From assembly GCA_963701185.1 (NCBI GenBank), contig OY969569.1, positions 383,054 through 447,053 of the forward strand: 64,000 nucleotides of DNA, given 5' to 3'. Under the pieces are notes generated by a model that did no database searches, was not told the origin of the DNA, and was given only the letters and a program-made list of their open reading frames with translations. Shown here piece after piece: positions 7,527-18,267 of the stretch. Source of the stretch: Candidatus Gottesmanbacteria bacterium. Lineage in GTDB: Bacteria; Patescibacteriota; Microgenomatia; UBA10105; UBA927. The position numbers and the translations under genes are program-made. How positions within the stretch are numbered: position 1 is the stretch's first letter; each line of letters opens with the position of its first letter.

Positions 7527-10500
7527 ATGAAATTATTGGGCCGACGGCTCTATAAACTTTTCTCCGTTATCAGCGGCCTCTCACTCGTTTTTAATTCACT
7601 GCTTCCCGCATCACTTTTATCCGTAATTATTGCGCCTCCGGCGTATGCACTGGAAGCACCAACCGGCGCGACGGGGGCAATAGACGCAACCGGAGCGACC
7701 GGCATAACTGCAGATACCGGTGTTTCCGGACCCAGCGGCGCAACCGGAGATGTTGGCCCGACCGGCGCGTCAGCGGAAATCGGCCCCAGCGCTACGACCG
7801 GAACATCCGGATCGACGGGAGCCACCGGATCAACCGGAGAAATTTTAGACGGTATTTCCACCGAGTCAGCGCAAATGACGCCCCCGACAGAAACCATAAC
7901 TGCAACGGTTACTACCCCTGAAAACACGCCTGCCTCTGAAGTTTCCCCGACCGTCAATGAAACCGGTCCACCGGAACAAACAGCAACGCCCACACCGACG
8001 TCCACTCCGACACCCGCTCCTGAACAACCAGAAACCGGAACTGTAAGCGTCATCACGAACCCATCCAGCCAACAGCAACTTGATTTATCAACGTATGACC
8101 CGACAAGCGGGACCCTCAAAAATGATTTTGCTCCCACCGATACGGTTCTTATTATCGGAACCGGATTTAAAGCAAATCATACGTATACTGTAACAATCAG
8201 TTCGAGCGACCCGCCTGCAATTACCAACCAAACAGAGTTTACCGTTACCACCGATAACGACGGCGTCTTTAAACAAGACTATACGCTCGACGGGAACTAC
8301 CGGCCGAATTATACAGTCGTTGTCACCAACCAAGGCGGCCACCTTATCGCAACCACAACGTTTACAGATACACAACCAGCATCGGGAGATTTACAACAAT
8401 GTCGCAATGGTTCTGCAACCTCTCCAAACAATTGTCTTGATTTGGGTAGCGGGCAAGGATGGGTTAGCGGTAATGCAGGAGGATCAAACTCTCATTACGT
8501 TGAGGGATTTTCAATACCATATCGAGAAATTTTGACAAATCTTCCGACTGGAACTTCTATTACTCTCACGCTTGGGTATGACATCACACACAGTAGCAAA
8601 CACGCAATTGACTTCCTTACCCATTACAATAGGTTACAACCACACTCTCCTTTTGGTCACGCAGCAGAGACCATTACTCCTACCGATGGTGTAAGCGGCC
8701 TTTCCGCTACAGTTTCAACATACCCGATTCCGGCACCAAGTTCCATCGGTTCGCCTTCCACCGACCAACCCACTAGTAGTTTTAATTCTTTACCGAGCGG
8801 CGAACGAGTAATGACTCTTTTTGGAGGAACCATCAACAATGTTGTCTATGTTTCTCAAGGGAATTTAACTGATGCGCAAGCTGAAACGCAAATTGCTATT
8901 ACCTTCACAGCAGATAACTCAACTGCTGTGCTTGCTTGGGGTGGTCACATAGCACGCGAAATTGACTGGGGCTTAAATAATTCTGCCGGTGGCATCTCAG
9001 GATCCCCGTATCACATGCGTCAAATAGGTTGGACATTAAATAATTTAGGAAACACCGATAGATCTCTCTCTGCTGATGCTGTTGAACCTCCGAGCTCTAT
9101 AACAATTATTAAGGACGCACAACCAGATAGCGCTCAGGATTTTAGTTTCACAACTGTAGGAAACGGTCTTTCCAACTTTACACTGGATGATGATGGGGGA
9201 TCAGATAGTACGTATTCGAATACAACAACATTTAATAGTCTTCTTGCTGGAACATATACAGTAACGGAAACAACCGTTTCAGGGTGGTCATTAGCTTCAA
9301 AAACGTGTATTTCAGACGGAACGGGAAGTACCAGTTCACAAATTACGAACGGTGTTTCTGTTGTTCTTGTTGCAGGAGAAAATGTTACCTGTACATTCAC
9401 AAATTCCTTACAGTCAGCACACCTGACTCTGGTAAAAACAATTACCAACGACAACGGCGGAACGGCTGCTGCCACTGACTGGACGCTTTCTGCAAGCGGC
9501 TCGACACCAATTTCAGGCACTACAGGAAGTGGCGCCGTTACTAACGCGGAAGTTAATGGTGGAACATATACGCTTTCTGAATCTGGCCCAACAGGTTACA
9601 CAGCCGGTAGTTGGAGTTGTACAGGCGGAAGTCAAAATGGAAACCAAATTACGCTCGCAGCAGGAGAATCAGCAACTTGTACAATTAATAATAATGACAA
9701 CGCTCCTCAATTACATCTTCGTAAAACCATAACAACAGATAACGGAGGAACCGATCTTGCAACCGACTGGACACTTTCCGCAACCGGGGCACTTGGAAGT
9801 CCAACGAATTTGTCTGGATCGACGCCCGTAGATAGCACAACAGGTTTCAAAGCCGACACGTATTCGTTAGCGGAAACAGGAGGTCCAACAGGATATAATG
9901 CCGGCGCTTGGGATTGTGGTGCCGCCACCATGCCGGATGCGACTCATGTTACCGTTCCTCTTGGCGGAAACGTTACCTGTACCATTAACAATAACGACAA
10001 CGCGCCCGCATTACATCTGCGAAAAGTTGTCGTGAACAACAACGGGGGAACAGCTGTTGCAGCCAACTGGACATTGTCATCCTTCGGTCTGACTCCGCTT
10101 TCCGGAACAACTCCTGTCGACAGCGATGCTACATTTAAACAGGGTACCTACACATTGTCTGAAACCGGCCCATCAGGTTATACAGCATCGGCATGGGATT
10201 GTGTCGGCGGAACACAAAGCGGAAGCAATATCACGGTTGGGTTAGGGCAATCCGCAACCTGTACGATTACTAACACTGACATCGCCCCCACTTTAAAACT
10301 CGTTAAGGTGGTAACGAATGATAACGGCGGGAATAAAACACCGGCCAATTGGACATTGACCGCAACGGGAACGGGCGGATTTAGCGATACCGGCGATTCA
10401 ACGACATTCCATACGGTAAAAGCCAACGTAGCATATGCACTATCTGAATCCACGGTTATCGGATATGACGCAGGGACTTTTTCCTGTGACGGCGGAACGC

Positions 10501-13500
10501 TCGTTGGCCAAAACCTGACACTCGGACTCGACTCTGATGTCACCTGTACAATCACCAACAATGACCAGGCTGCACATCTTATCGTTATTAAACATGTTGA
10601 TAACGGCACGACCGGGGCCACATACACCGCAGCTGATTTCACAATGACAATTAACGACGTGACTGCATCAGGCGGAAATTCATTTGCCGGAAGTGAAAGT
10701 CCGGGTACGAATAAAACGTTAACGACTGTCGGATCATATACCGTAACAGAAAGCGGACCTCCAGGGTATACGAAAACGGCGTCAACCGATTGTTCAGGCA
10801 CAATTGCACTTGGTGAAACAAAAACCTGTACCATTACCAATACGGCAATTGCCCCGCAGCTTAAGCTTGTAAAGACTGTTACCAACGATAACGGCGGAAC
10901 GAAACAGGTATCGGATTTCCCATTGTTCATAGACGGAAATGGGGTAACTAGCGGGGTATTTAATTCTGTAACGGTTGGTTCGCATACTGCAACAGAAACT
11001 TCGGATTCCGGTTATTCCGCATCAGTTTGGGGAACGGATTGTGCATCAAACGGATCTATTACATTAGCTCTCGGAGATTCTAAAACCTGTACGATAACCA
11101 ACAATGACAAGGCCGCCCATTTAATAGTCATCAAACACGTTATTAATGATAACGGCGGGACAAAATCCGCAGCAAATTTTTCAACAACTATTTCCGGTGT
11201 AACAACTGTAACCCCGACTGCGCCAGGTGCAGAATCACCTGGAGTTGATAACATTCTGACAACAGTGGGTTCTTATAGTGTCGATGAAGGCACGCATACC
11301 GGATATGCAAAATCTCTTTCAACTGATTGTACCGGTTCAATTGCTTTGGGCGAGACCAAAACATGTACAATTACCAATGATGATATCCAACCGAAACTTA
11401 CGCTGACGAAAATCGTTAAAAACGACAATGGAGGGAATGCTGTTATTAGTGATTTCCCTCTTTTTGTAAACACCACTCCGGTGACAAGCGGAGTGCAAAA
11501 TGGATTCGATGCGGGAACGTATACTGCCTCTGAAACAAATCTAGGCGGATATACCGCAAGCGCGTGGAGCCCCGATTGTGCACCCAACGGATCAATTACG
11601 CTCGCAGTGGGAGACGTAAAGTCCTGCAGCATCGTGAATGATGATCAACCAGCGCATATCGTGCTGAATAAAGTCGTTAATAAAAATCACGGCGGCACGG
11701 CAGATGTGAATGATTTCGGTATTTCCATTGATGACGGTTCCGTTCTATCCGGATCAACTCATGACGTTACTTCAAATACCTCGCACACACTAAATGAAAC
11801 GGGGTTGACGGGTTACGAATTTGTATCACTGACAGGAGATTCAAAATGTCCAAGCGTATTAGGCGGGGGAGTAACACTCAATGAGGGTGAAACTGTCAAC
11901 TGCACGATAACGAACGAAGATATAGCCCCGACGTTACATCTTCGAAAGACTGTCACAAAGGACAACGGCGGAACTGCTCTTGATACAGCATGGACGCTGA
12001 CTGCAACTGGTACGCTCGGAAGTCCGACGAATTTGTCCGGGTCAACACCTGTGAATAGCGGAGCAGACTTTAAAGCCGATACGTATACTCTGGGTGAAAC
12101 AGGACCTTCAGGATACTCTGCGAGCGGATGGACATGTACCGGTGACGTCAAAAATTCGGGCAATTCAATTACGTTAGGACTCAGTCAATCCGCTACCTGC
12201 ACCATAAACAATGATGACAATGCGCCTTCTCTGACCCTTATCAAACACGTAACGAATGATAACGGGGGAAATGCAGCGACTACCGACTGGACATTAAGTG
12301 CTGATGGGCCCACGTCAATTTCAGGCGCTGGCGGCGTGGTAAGTGGCGCAAGTTTTGAAAAAGGTACATACGCGCTTTCAGAAAGCACCGGACCATCCGG
12401 ATATACGGCGGGAACATGGAGCTGTACAGGCGGAACTTTTGTAAATAATCAAATCACGCTCGGACTTGGCGACCAAGCCACTTGTGAAATAACCAACGAT
12501 GACCAGCCGGCAACTCTTATTGTCATTAAACACGTTGAAAACAATAACATTGGTACTGCTGTTGCAGATGATTTTACTATGAACGTGACAGGAACAAATG
12601 TTTCCGATTCGTCCTTTGCAGGTGCAGAAGATCCCGGCACATCAGTAACGCTCGATGCGGGATCGTATTCGGTGAGTGAAACGGGTATAACAGGCTACTC
12701 TGGCTCTTATTCCAATGACTGCAGCGGGGCGATAGCAAACGGGCAAACGAAGACGTGTACTGTAACCAACACGCGGGATATCGGAACAATTACTGTAAAC
12801 AAGGTACTCGTCCCAGCCAATGATCCGGGCCTTTTCACCCTTAAAATTGATGGCAGTGCTGCCGGAACCGGCACCGATGTCGGGAATGGCGGAACAACTG
12901 GCGCAATTACAGTTGGAAGCGATCTCCATTCCGTAAATGAGGTTGGCGGCACAAACGGAACAGACCTAAGCAATTATTTAACAACTTATTACTGTACCGG
13001 TGGAGAGGGATCTTTGCGCGGTACAGGAACAAATATCTCCGACATTGATGTCGGATCCGGTGATGACATTGTCTGTACGTTCACCAACACCCGAAAAACA
13101 GGAACACTTCTCGTTCATAAAGTCGCCGACACGAATGGCGATGGGCAATACGACAGCACAGATCCGACAAACTTCAAATGGGGAACGGAAAGCGCCGTAC
13201 TGGCAACCACCGATATGGGAACGCCACAGACGCTAATCACCGGAAATTATAACGTGTATGAAAATATTGTCCCGGGCTACCAATTCACTGGCTGGTTCCC
13301 GAATGGATTTATCGATGACAACGAAATCCGGTATAGCTGTGAGCGTTTACCGCAAGGGCCCCAATATACCCAGTTACCGACGGATATCGCGGTAACCACG
13401 GATCAAACGGAACTCACCCTGTGTAATAAATTTATCAATCCGATCCTGACGATTACGAAGGAGAACAACACCGGCGGGGCGGATATATCACCGGGCAGTG

Positions 13501-14078
13501 GCGTTCTGTATACCCTGACGGTCACGGCAACGCAGAGCGCTGCGTTTAACGTAACGGTGACCGACCTTCTGCCGGCAGGATTTACCTACCGGGCCGGAAG
13601 CTGGACGGCAAATTCCAACAAGCGCGGGGATATTAAATCCCCACTCGGTCCCACGACAGAACCCACCTATGCTTCACCGGGAGTCTGGAAGCTCGGCAAT
13701 ATGATTAAAGACGAAAGCGTCACCCTTACCTATATCGCGGATGTCAGCAGTGCTCAACAGGCCGGACTGTATCACGATCTTGCCTGGGCGGCAGGGTGTA
13801 AAACAGATACTAATTGTAGCGATGTCTTATCCAATGCAACCGATCCGGGATTTGTCGCCGACCATTATGTCGGAACGCAGGTAAGCATCGTTACCAACAC
13901 ACAAAACGGCGTCTCGCATAACGTCATCAATACCGTTGAAAGTCAGGTCTTGGGCGCCAGCACCGAACTGCCGGCCACAGGCGCAAACACATTCTGGCTG
14001 TATGTCGCATTCGCTCTTATCACCGGAGGAATAAGCATTGGTGCGCTGGGATGGTTTTTACGGAGGAAATATGCGTAA
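7527..14078 (+). CDS. giant LPXTG-anchored surface protein (2183 aa) with N-terminal collagen-like GXT triplets and about 13 tandem Cna-B/prealbumin-like beta-sandwich repeats
   Basis: Signal peptide. The block [13 protein letters not shown]...[11 protein letters not shown] is followed by a Thr/Pro-rich linker. Repeats of about 93 aa each contain L-x-L-x-K-x-V-x-NDNGGTA...DWTLSA...GTY-x-LSE-x-GP-x-GY...W-x-C-x-GG...ATCTI-x-N-x-D. C-terminal sorting signal LPATG plus TM plus RRKYA. Confidence 0.85.
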   Translation: MKLLGRRLYKLFSVISGLSLVFNSLLPASLLSVIIAPPAYALEAPTGATGAIDATGATGITADTGVSGPSGATGDVGPTGASAEIGPSATTGTSGSTGATGSTGEILDGISTESAQMTPPTETITATVTTPENTPASEVSPTVNETGPPEQTATPTPTSTPTPAPEQPETGTVSVITNPSSQQQLDLSTYDPTSGTLKNDFAPTDTVLIIGTGFKANHTYTVTISSSDPPAITNQTEFTVTTDNDGVFKQDYTLDGNYRPNYTVVVTNQGGHLIATTTFTDTQPASGDLQQCRNGSATSPNNCLDLGSGQGWVSGNAGGSNSHYVEGFSIPYREILTNLPTGTSITLTLGYDITHSSKHAIDFLTHYNRLQPHSPFGHAAETITPTDGVSGLSATVSTYPIPAPSSIGSPSTDQPTSSFNSLPSGERVMTLFGGTINNVVYVSQGNLTDAQAETQIAITFTADNSTAVLAWGGHIAREIDWGLNNSAGGISGSPYHMRQIGWTLNNLGNTDRSLSADAVEPPSSITIIKDAQPDSAQDFSFTTVGNGLSNFTLDDDGGSDSTYSNTTTFNSLLAGTYTVTETTVSGWSLASKTCISDGTGSTSSQITNGVSVVLVAGENVTCTFTNSLQSAHLTLVKTITNDNGGTAAATDWTLSASGSTPISGTTGSGAVTNAEVNGGTYTLSESGPTGYTAGSWSCTGGSQNGNQITLAAGESATCTINNNDNAPQLHLRKTITTDNGGTDLATDWTLSATGALGSPTNLSGSTPVDSTTGFKADTYSLAETGGPTGYNAGAWDCGAATMPDATHVTVPLGGNVTCTINNNDNAPALHLRKVVVNNNGGTAVAANWTLSSFGLTPLSGTTPVDSDATFKQGTYTLSETGPSGYTASAWDCVGGTQSGSNITVGLGQSATCTITNTDIAPTLKLVKVVTNDNGGNKTPANWTLTATGTGGFSDTGDSTTFHTVKANVAYALSESTVIGYDAGTFSCDGGTLVGQNLTLGLDSDVTCTITNNDQAAHLIVIKHVDNGTTGATYTAADFTMTINDVTASGGNSFAGSESPGTNKTLTTVGSYTVTESGPPGYTKTASTDCSGTIALGETKTCTITNTAIAPQLKLVKTVTNDNGGTKQVSDFPLFIDGNGVTSGVFNSVTVGSHTATETSDSGYSASVWGTDCASNGSITLALGDSKTCTITNNDKAAHLIVIKHVINDNGGTKSAANFSTTISGVTTVTPTAPGAESPGVDNILTTVGSYSVDEGTHTGYAKSLSTDCTGSIALGETKTCTITNDDIQPKLTLTKIVKNDNGGNAVISDFPLFVNTTPVTSGVQNGFDAGTYTASETNLGGYTASAWSPDCAPNGSITLAVGDVKSCSIVNDDQPAHIVLNKVVNKNHGGTADVNDFGISIDDGSVLSGSTHDVTSNTSHTLNETGLTGYEFVSLTGDSKCPSVLGGGVTLNEGETVNCTITNEDIAPTLHLRKTVTKDNGGTALDTAWTLTATGTLGSPTNLSGSTPVNSGADFKADTYTLGETGPSGYSASGWTCTGDVKNSGNSITLGLSQSATCTINNDDNAPSLTLIKHVTNDNGGNAATTDWTLSADGPTSISGAGGVVSGASFEKGTYALSESTGPSGYTAGTWSCTGGTFVNNQITLGLGDQATCEITNDDQPATLIVIKHVENNNIGTAVADDFTMNVTGTNVSDSSFAGAEDPGTSVTLDAGSYSVSETGITGYSGSYSNDCSGAIANGQTKTCTVTNTRDIGTITVNKVLVPANDPGLFTLKIDGSAAGTGTDVGNGGTTGAITVGSDLHSVNEVGGTNGTDLSNYLTTYYCTGGEGSLRGTGTNISDIDVGSGDDIVCTFTNTRKTGTLLVHKVADTNGDGQYDSTDPTNFKWGTESAVLATTDMGTPQTLITGNYNVYENIVPGYQFTGWFPNGFIDDNEIRYSCERLPQGPQYTQLPTDIAVTTDQTELTLCNKFINPILTITKENNTGGADISPGSGVLYTLTVTATQSAAFNVTVTDLLPAGFTYRAGSWTANSNKRGDIKSPLGPTTEPTYASPGVWKLGNMIKDESVTLTYIADVSSAQQAGLYHDLAWAAGCKTDTNCSDVLSNATDPGFVADHYVGTQVSIVTNTQNGVSHNVINTVESQVLGASTELPATGANTFWLYVAFALITGGISIGALGWFLRRKYA

Positions 14079-15021
14079 TACATTCAAAACAATCGTTCTA
14101 ACCATTGCATCGCTATGTATTGCCGGTCAGGTGTTTGCCGGATCGATGTCCATAAAAATTGAGCAACCAAAGAGCCCGACAAATTTAACAAGTTTGAACG
14201 TGAATTTTGTCGTGCTGGATTATGCTTCCAATGGCAACATCACGGCAAAATGCTACAAACAGGGTCCGTCTGACGGTGGATTTAGCCAGTTTGGCAGCGA
14301 CATAGCAATCACGCCAGGAGGAAACACCTCCAATTGTACCGCTGACAGCTCGGTTCTCACGAGTGACGGAACGTACCAGTTTTACGTCACTGCTGCAAAT
14401 TCAGGGGAAACGGTAACCAGTAATACGGTGAGCGTTATCAGAAACACCAGCGGACCGGATACGCCGACAAGCTACAGCAAAGAGGATTTCGAATCATGCA
14501 AGTACAAGATTAAATTTCATACTGCCGATGACGGCAAGACGGCAAAAGTTGAGCTATACCGCTCGCCCAACACGACATTTGATGTGAATGCGGGAAGCCT
14601 CGTGGAGACGAAAACCATCGGACCCAACGCCGACGGTGAATTTGTCAATGAGAAACCCGATTGCAGCAAAACATATTTCTACGCAATCCGTGCCTTTGAT
14701 TCAACAGGGAACGGCTCGGGGATACGGGGGGACAGCGAAACGCATACTATAACGACGACAATCCTTCCCACGACGACCACCGGTACCGCGGGTGCCATTC
14801 CAGCAGGCACCGGAGGCAATATATTGGGTGCAGAGACACTAAAGGGCGCTACAGGACCTTCCGGAGCCATTCTGGGAGAGCAAGCTTCCCCCAGCCCGAC
14901 CCAGCAACCGTATACTCCTCCGAAGCCAAACTTGTTTCGCCGCAGTACTATGCTGACGGTGGGAGCCATAGCTGTTATACTTCTTGGTATATGGCTCGCA
15001 AAAAGAAAAAAGTCCGAATAA
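14071..15021 (+). CDS. secreted/anchored surface protein with FN3-like segment and C-terminal TM anchor
   Basis: ATG at 14071 with a ggagga RBS. Signal peptide. [16 protein letters not shown] is an FN3-like strand motif. C-terminal hydrophobic stretch plus KRKKSE, with no LPXTG. Confidence 0.5.
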   Translation: MRNTFKTIVLTIASLCIAGQVFAGSMSIKIEQPKSPTNLTSLNVNFVVLDYASNGNITAKCYKQGPSDGGFSQFGSDIAITPGGNTSNCTADSSVLTSDGTYQFYVTAANSGETVTSNTVSVIRNTSGPDTPTSYSKEDFESCKYKIKFHTADDGKTAKVELYRSPNTTFDVNAGSLVETKTIGPNADGEFVNEKPDCSKTYFYAIRAFDSTGNGSGIRGDSETHTITTTILPTTTTGTAGAIPAGTGGNILGAETLKGATGPSGAILGEQASPSPTQQPYTPPKPNLFRRSTMLTVGAIAVILLGIWLAKRKKSE

Positions 15022-15593
15022 TCGGGCGAATCTCCCGCATATTATTTTGGGTTGCCGGCCTTACGTGCCTTGCCGGTATTACCATCTTGCTTCTGACATT
15101 TGGTCCGCTTGCTACACAGGAACTCCGGTATACAGCCCATGCAGTTCCGAAAGAGATTGTCCCGATTGATAAAAATTTCGGCATCGTGATCCCACGCTTA
15201 GGCGCCAATGCACGGATTATTGCCAACGTCGATCCGTATGACAGTAAGGCCTACCAGTACGCCCTCACCAAAGGAGTCGCCCATGCCCGCGGCACCAGCG
15301 TACCGGGCGCGATGGGGAACATATTTTTATTCGCCCATTCATCGGAAAATTTTTACGATGCGTTGCGATATAATTCCGTTTTTTATCTTCTCCCGAAACT
15401 CACCGCCGGAGACAAAATTCTTTTGTATTATCACGGCGTGAAGTTTACCTACACGGTAACCGGTAAAAAATTCGTAAGTTCCAAAGATGTTTCTTACCTA
15501 CAAGGAGAGTCCTTGAAGTCGACGCTTACCCTCATGACTTGCTGGCCGCCGGGCACAACCAATCAGCGACTTCTCGTATTTGCATCCCTATGA
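14991..15593 (+). CDS. sortase (transpeptidase) family protein
   Basis: N-terminal TM anchor. Conserved His in FLFAHSS. Catalytic TLMTCWP (TLxTC) and downstream Arg (QRLLV). Sits next to the LPXTG substrate gene. Confidence 0.75.
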   Translation: MARKKKKVRIIGRISRILFWVAGLTCLAGITILLLTFGPLATQELRYTAHAVPKEIVPIDKNFGIVIPRLGANARIIANVDPYDSKAYQYALTKGVAHARGTSVPGAMGNIFLFAHSSENFYDALRYNSVFYLLPKLTAGDKILLYYHGVKFTYTVTGKKFVSSKDVSYLQGESLKSTLTLMTCWPPGTTNQRLLVFASL

Positions 15594-16084
15594 TCGCACT
15601 TTCATTTGTATTCCTCATTCTTCAAATCGGATTTGTCATTTTCTTTTTTTACATGTGCATCGCGTCGTTTACCGGCGCGCCGTTTGTGCCGACGAAAAAT
15701 ACAGTTGCCGACGCAATGATCCGGCTCGCCGGTATCAAGAAAGGATCGGTCGTCTATGATTTGGGCAGCGGAGACGGCAAACTCCTCCGGCTGGCAACGC
15801 AAAAGGGGGCCCGCACAATCGGATATGAAATAAATCCGCTTTTGGTTCTTTGGGCCAACCTGCGGGGCGCGCCCACGCTTTGGAAAAATTTCTGGGGCGC
15901 GGATATTCATGATGCGGACATCGTTTTTATCTATCTCCTGCCGTGGAAAATGGAACGGCTTGCCAAAAAACTAAAAACCGAATGTAAAAAGGGAACGGTG
16001 ATCGTCTCCAACAGCTTCATATTCCCGGGGTGGAACATTGTCCGACAGGACGCGGCCCATCATGTTTACGTTTTTCGGATTTAG
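15590..16084 (+). CDS. class I SAM-dependent methyltransferase (small, N-terminal TM)
   Basis: Motif I VVYDLGSGDGKLL. Its ATG overlaps the sortase stop (ATGA). Confidence 0.6.
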   Translation: MIALSFVFLILQIGFVIFFFYMCIASFTGAPFVPTKNTVADAMIRLAGIKKGSVVYDLGSGDGKLLRLATQKGARTIGYEINPLLVLWANLRGAPTLWKNFWGADIHDADIVFIYLLPWKMERLAKKLKTECKKGTVIVSNSFIFPGWNIVRQDAAHHVYVFRI

Positions 16085-16099
16085 TACTACAATCGGAAT

Positions 16100-16669
16100 A
16101 TGACAGCATTTGACGGACAGCAGGAAGGGGAACGGATTCTCTACACGGTAACACCGCATGCAATCCATAAATATCTGGCGATTGCCCGTCTCCTATTTTT
16201 AGCACTCTTTTTCTTCATTGTCCTCTGGGTCATCGGAGAAATCGTCCCGGTCATGATGACGGCACTCCGGATCGCGGGATTTGTACTGGCCGGTATCCTT
16301 TTGGGAGTCGGGTATTGGTGGAACCTCGTGGTTTTCAAAAAATCGAGAACATATATTACCGACCGCAGGATCATACGGTTTGACGTCGTATCGCCTTTTT
16401 TTGTTACCAAACGGGCGCTCTTCTGGAACGAGGCACTCAAAACAAAAGCATATACATCCAATATTTTATTCCGGTCACTCAAAATCGGCACCATTGACGT
16501 TGAGCCGCAGCTTGCCGAGCATGAGGACGTGCGCGTCACCGATGTCTACTATTTTGAAGACCTCGCCAACTATATCGATAAAATATTGTTTACGTTCAAA
16601 AATACGCCCGGCGATATTGCCTCCATCAAGCCCTTTGTCCCCAAAGCCAAAGGCCAGCGGGATTTGTAA
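16100..16669 (+). CDS. membrane protein with bacterial PH (bPH_2/DUF304-like) domain
   Basis: Two TM helices followed by YITDRRIIRF-type bPH topology. Confidence 0.45.
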   Translation: MTAFDGQQEGERILYTVTPHAIHKYLAIARLLFLALFFFIVLWVIGEIVPVMMTALRIAGFVLAGILLGVGYWWNLVVFKKSRTYITDRRIIRFDVVSPFFVTKRALFWNEALKTKAYTSNILFRSLKIGTIDVEPQLAEHEDVRVTDVYYFEDLANYIDKILFTFKNTPGDIASIKPFVPKAKGQRDL

Positions 16670-16730
16670 TCTATCGTACATATTTCCCCAACGATATCTG
16701 CAATACTTCGCGATAGGAGGTATTTCACCC

Positions 16731-17741
16731 ATGAAACGAGTACTTGTCCTTTTGATAACGTATTTATTTTTAGCACCATCTATTTCCTCTGTATATGCCG
16801 CTGATTCCCTCACACTCTGTGTCAAAGAAAGCGGCGTGGTGTTTGCTATCGGCATCGGATTTCATACGACGGAGTGTAAAAAGAATGACAAATTGGTCAC
16901 TCTTACGTATGGCGGTTCCGGTGGAGCAGGGGCAACGGGCGCAACCGGGAATATAGGTTCTACCGGTGCGACCGGCATGCAAGGTATTGAAGGCTCCGTT
17001 GGCGCTACAGGTTTGCCAGGATCCCCGGGGGAACAGGGTTCAACAGGGGCAAGCGGACTTCCCGGTTCAATCGGTGTCACCGGACAGCAAGGAATTCAGG
17101 GGCTATCGGGAGAATTGGGCCCGACGGGCGCAACCGGTCAAGCCGGAGACATTGGTCCTGTCGGTGCTACCGGTTTATCGGGTATACCGGGGGACAAGGG
17201 TGAAACGGGAGCAAGCGGATTACCCGGTTTGGTCGGAGCAACTGGCGCAAAGGGGGATACAGGGTCAATCGGTCCAACCGGTAATGCCGGAAATATCGGT
17301 CCGCATGGCGCAACGGGCGCAACCGGCGTGGCCGGAGAAATTGGGCCTGTTGGTGCTACAGGATTAAAAGGAGAAGTCGGCTCAACCGGCAGTCAGGGGC
17401 CAGCCGGGGACGCAGGTTCGGTCGGGGCAACCGGTAATCAGGGACCGACGGGAGAAATAGGTCCGGTTGGCGCAACAGGAGCACAGGGCGTCATCGGATT
17501 TGAACTGATTACAAACATAACGGACGTTACCGATACGACATCCAAAACAGTTCCGGCTACGTGTCCCACCGGCAAAAAAGTTATCGGCGGAGGATATGCG
17601 ATCACGAGCGATGGCGCAACATTCCGGACCATCTCTGATCAACCAACATCTGACGATACATGGACAGTTGCGATCACAAGAACGTCGGGGAGCTATCTCT
17701 GGTCACTGAAAGTCATCGCAATCTGTGTAAACGCACTGTAA
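16731..17741 (+). CDS. bacterial collagen-like protein (signal peptide, about 60 GXY triplets, C-terminal globular domain)
   Basis: ATG at 16731 with an aggagg RBS. The GXY run spans GGAGATGATGNIG...GAQGVIG. The upstream in-frame part of ORF 16281..17741 overlaps the previous gene and was discarded. Confidence 0.75.
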   Translation: MKRVLVLLITYLFLAPSISSVYAADSLTLCVKESGVVFAIGIGFHTTECKKNDKLVTLTYGGSGGAGATGATGNIGSTGATGMQGIEGSVGATGLPGSPGEQGSTGASGLPGSIGVTGQQGIQGLSGELGPTGATGQAGDIGPVGATGLSGIPGDKGETGASGLPGLVGATGAKGDTGSIGPTGNAGNIGPHGATGATGVAGEIGPVGATGLKGEVGSTGSQGPAGDAGSVGATGNQGPTGEIGPVGATGAQGVIGFELITNITDVTDTTSKTVPATCPTGKKVIGGGYAITSDGATFRTISDQPTSDDTWTVAITRTSGSYLWSLKVIAICVNAL

Positions 17742-17782
17742 CGCTTATTGACTGCCCGGTGAGTTCGCAGTAAAGTAATTTT

Positions 17783-18115
17783 ATGATTACTGATGCAGAT
17801 GTCAAGAAATTAAAGGCTGTTTTTGCCACTAAAGACGACCTCGTGGCCATGGAAAAACGCTTTGACCGAAAATTTGCCACCAAAGACGATTTGAAACGCT
17901 TTGCCACCAAAGACGATTTGAAACGCTTTGCCACCAAAGACGATCTCATGTCCATAAAAAGCGATATGGTTTCCATGGAAATACGGCTCAAAAAAGAAAT
18001 TGTCGGAGCTGTCGTCGATTATCTTCAACATAATATCATTCCGATACTTAACGAGCACGACAAACGACTGGACCGGTTGGAAAAACACGTCGGAGGATTT
18101 CCGGCAATCGCTTGA
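17783..18115 (+). CDS. small coiled-coil protein with tandem KRFATKDDL repeats
   Basis: Three 9-aa (27-nt) tandem repeats. No known domain. Confidence 0.45.
   Translation: MITDADVKKLKAVFATKDDLVAMEKRFDRKFATKDDLKRFATKDDLKRFATKDDLMSIKSDMVSMEIRLKKEIVGAVVDYLQHNIIPILNEHDKRLDRLEKHVGGFPAIA
17873..17947 (+). repeat. 27-nt tandem repeat (tttgccaccaaagacgatttgaaacgc) x2.8
   Basis: Read directly. A degenerate fourth copy sits at 17821-17845. Confidence 0.8.
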
Positions 18116-18139
18116 CAGGGGTTTCTTATACTGTAGAAT
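18112..18139 (+). promoter_or_regulatory. sigma70-like promoter TTGACA-16-TAGAAT upstream of thrS, with structured 5' UTR of about 120 nt
   Basis: ttgaca at 18112-18117, tg-n-tagaat at 18132-18139. The UTR has a nested stem (gtgcgct...tccgcc-aacc-ggcgga...agcgcac) covering GGAG just before the ATG at 18268. Confidence 0.45.
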
Positions 18140-18267
18140 ATAGATACTTCTCACTTGCATGAGACGTAACTAACCTCAAAGAGAAGCGCGATCTTCGGCG
18201 AAATGAAGAAAAATTAAGTACCGTTTATTGTGCGCTGGAAACTTCCGCCAACCGGCGGAGCGCACGA

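Noticed and set aside
7550-13236. Numerous ORFs of 60-250 aa in other frames or on the antisense strand across the giant gene (e.g. 7550..8137-, 10178..10930-, 11273..11632-)
   Set aside because: They are shadow ORFs produced by the repetitive, GC-biased coding sequence of the 2183-aa gene. None has start context or motifs, and all are fully contained in a gene with strong protein-level signals.
15498-15513. 16-mer ctacaaggagagtcct shared between sortase gene and holB end as evidence of a mobile repeat on its own
   Set aside because: A single shared 16-mer in 64 kb is close to chance expectation. It is only reported as part of the broader hairpin-motif observation, where palindromic structure and adjacency to the 28-bp element add support.
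16281-16730. N-terminal 150-codon extension of the collagen-like ORF
   Set aside because: It overlaps the bPH membrane protein gene in another frame. A proper RBS (aggagg) plus ATG and a signal peptide begin at 16731.
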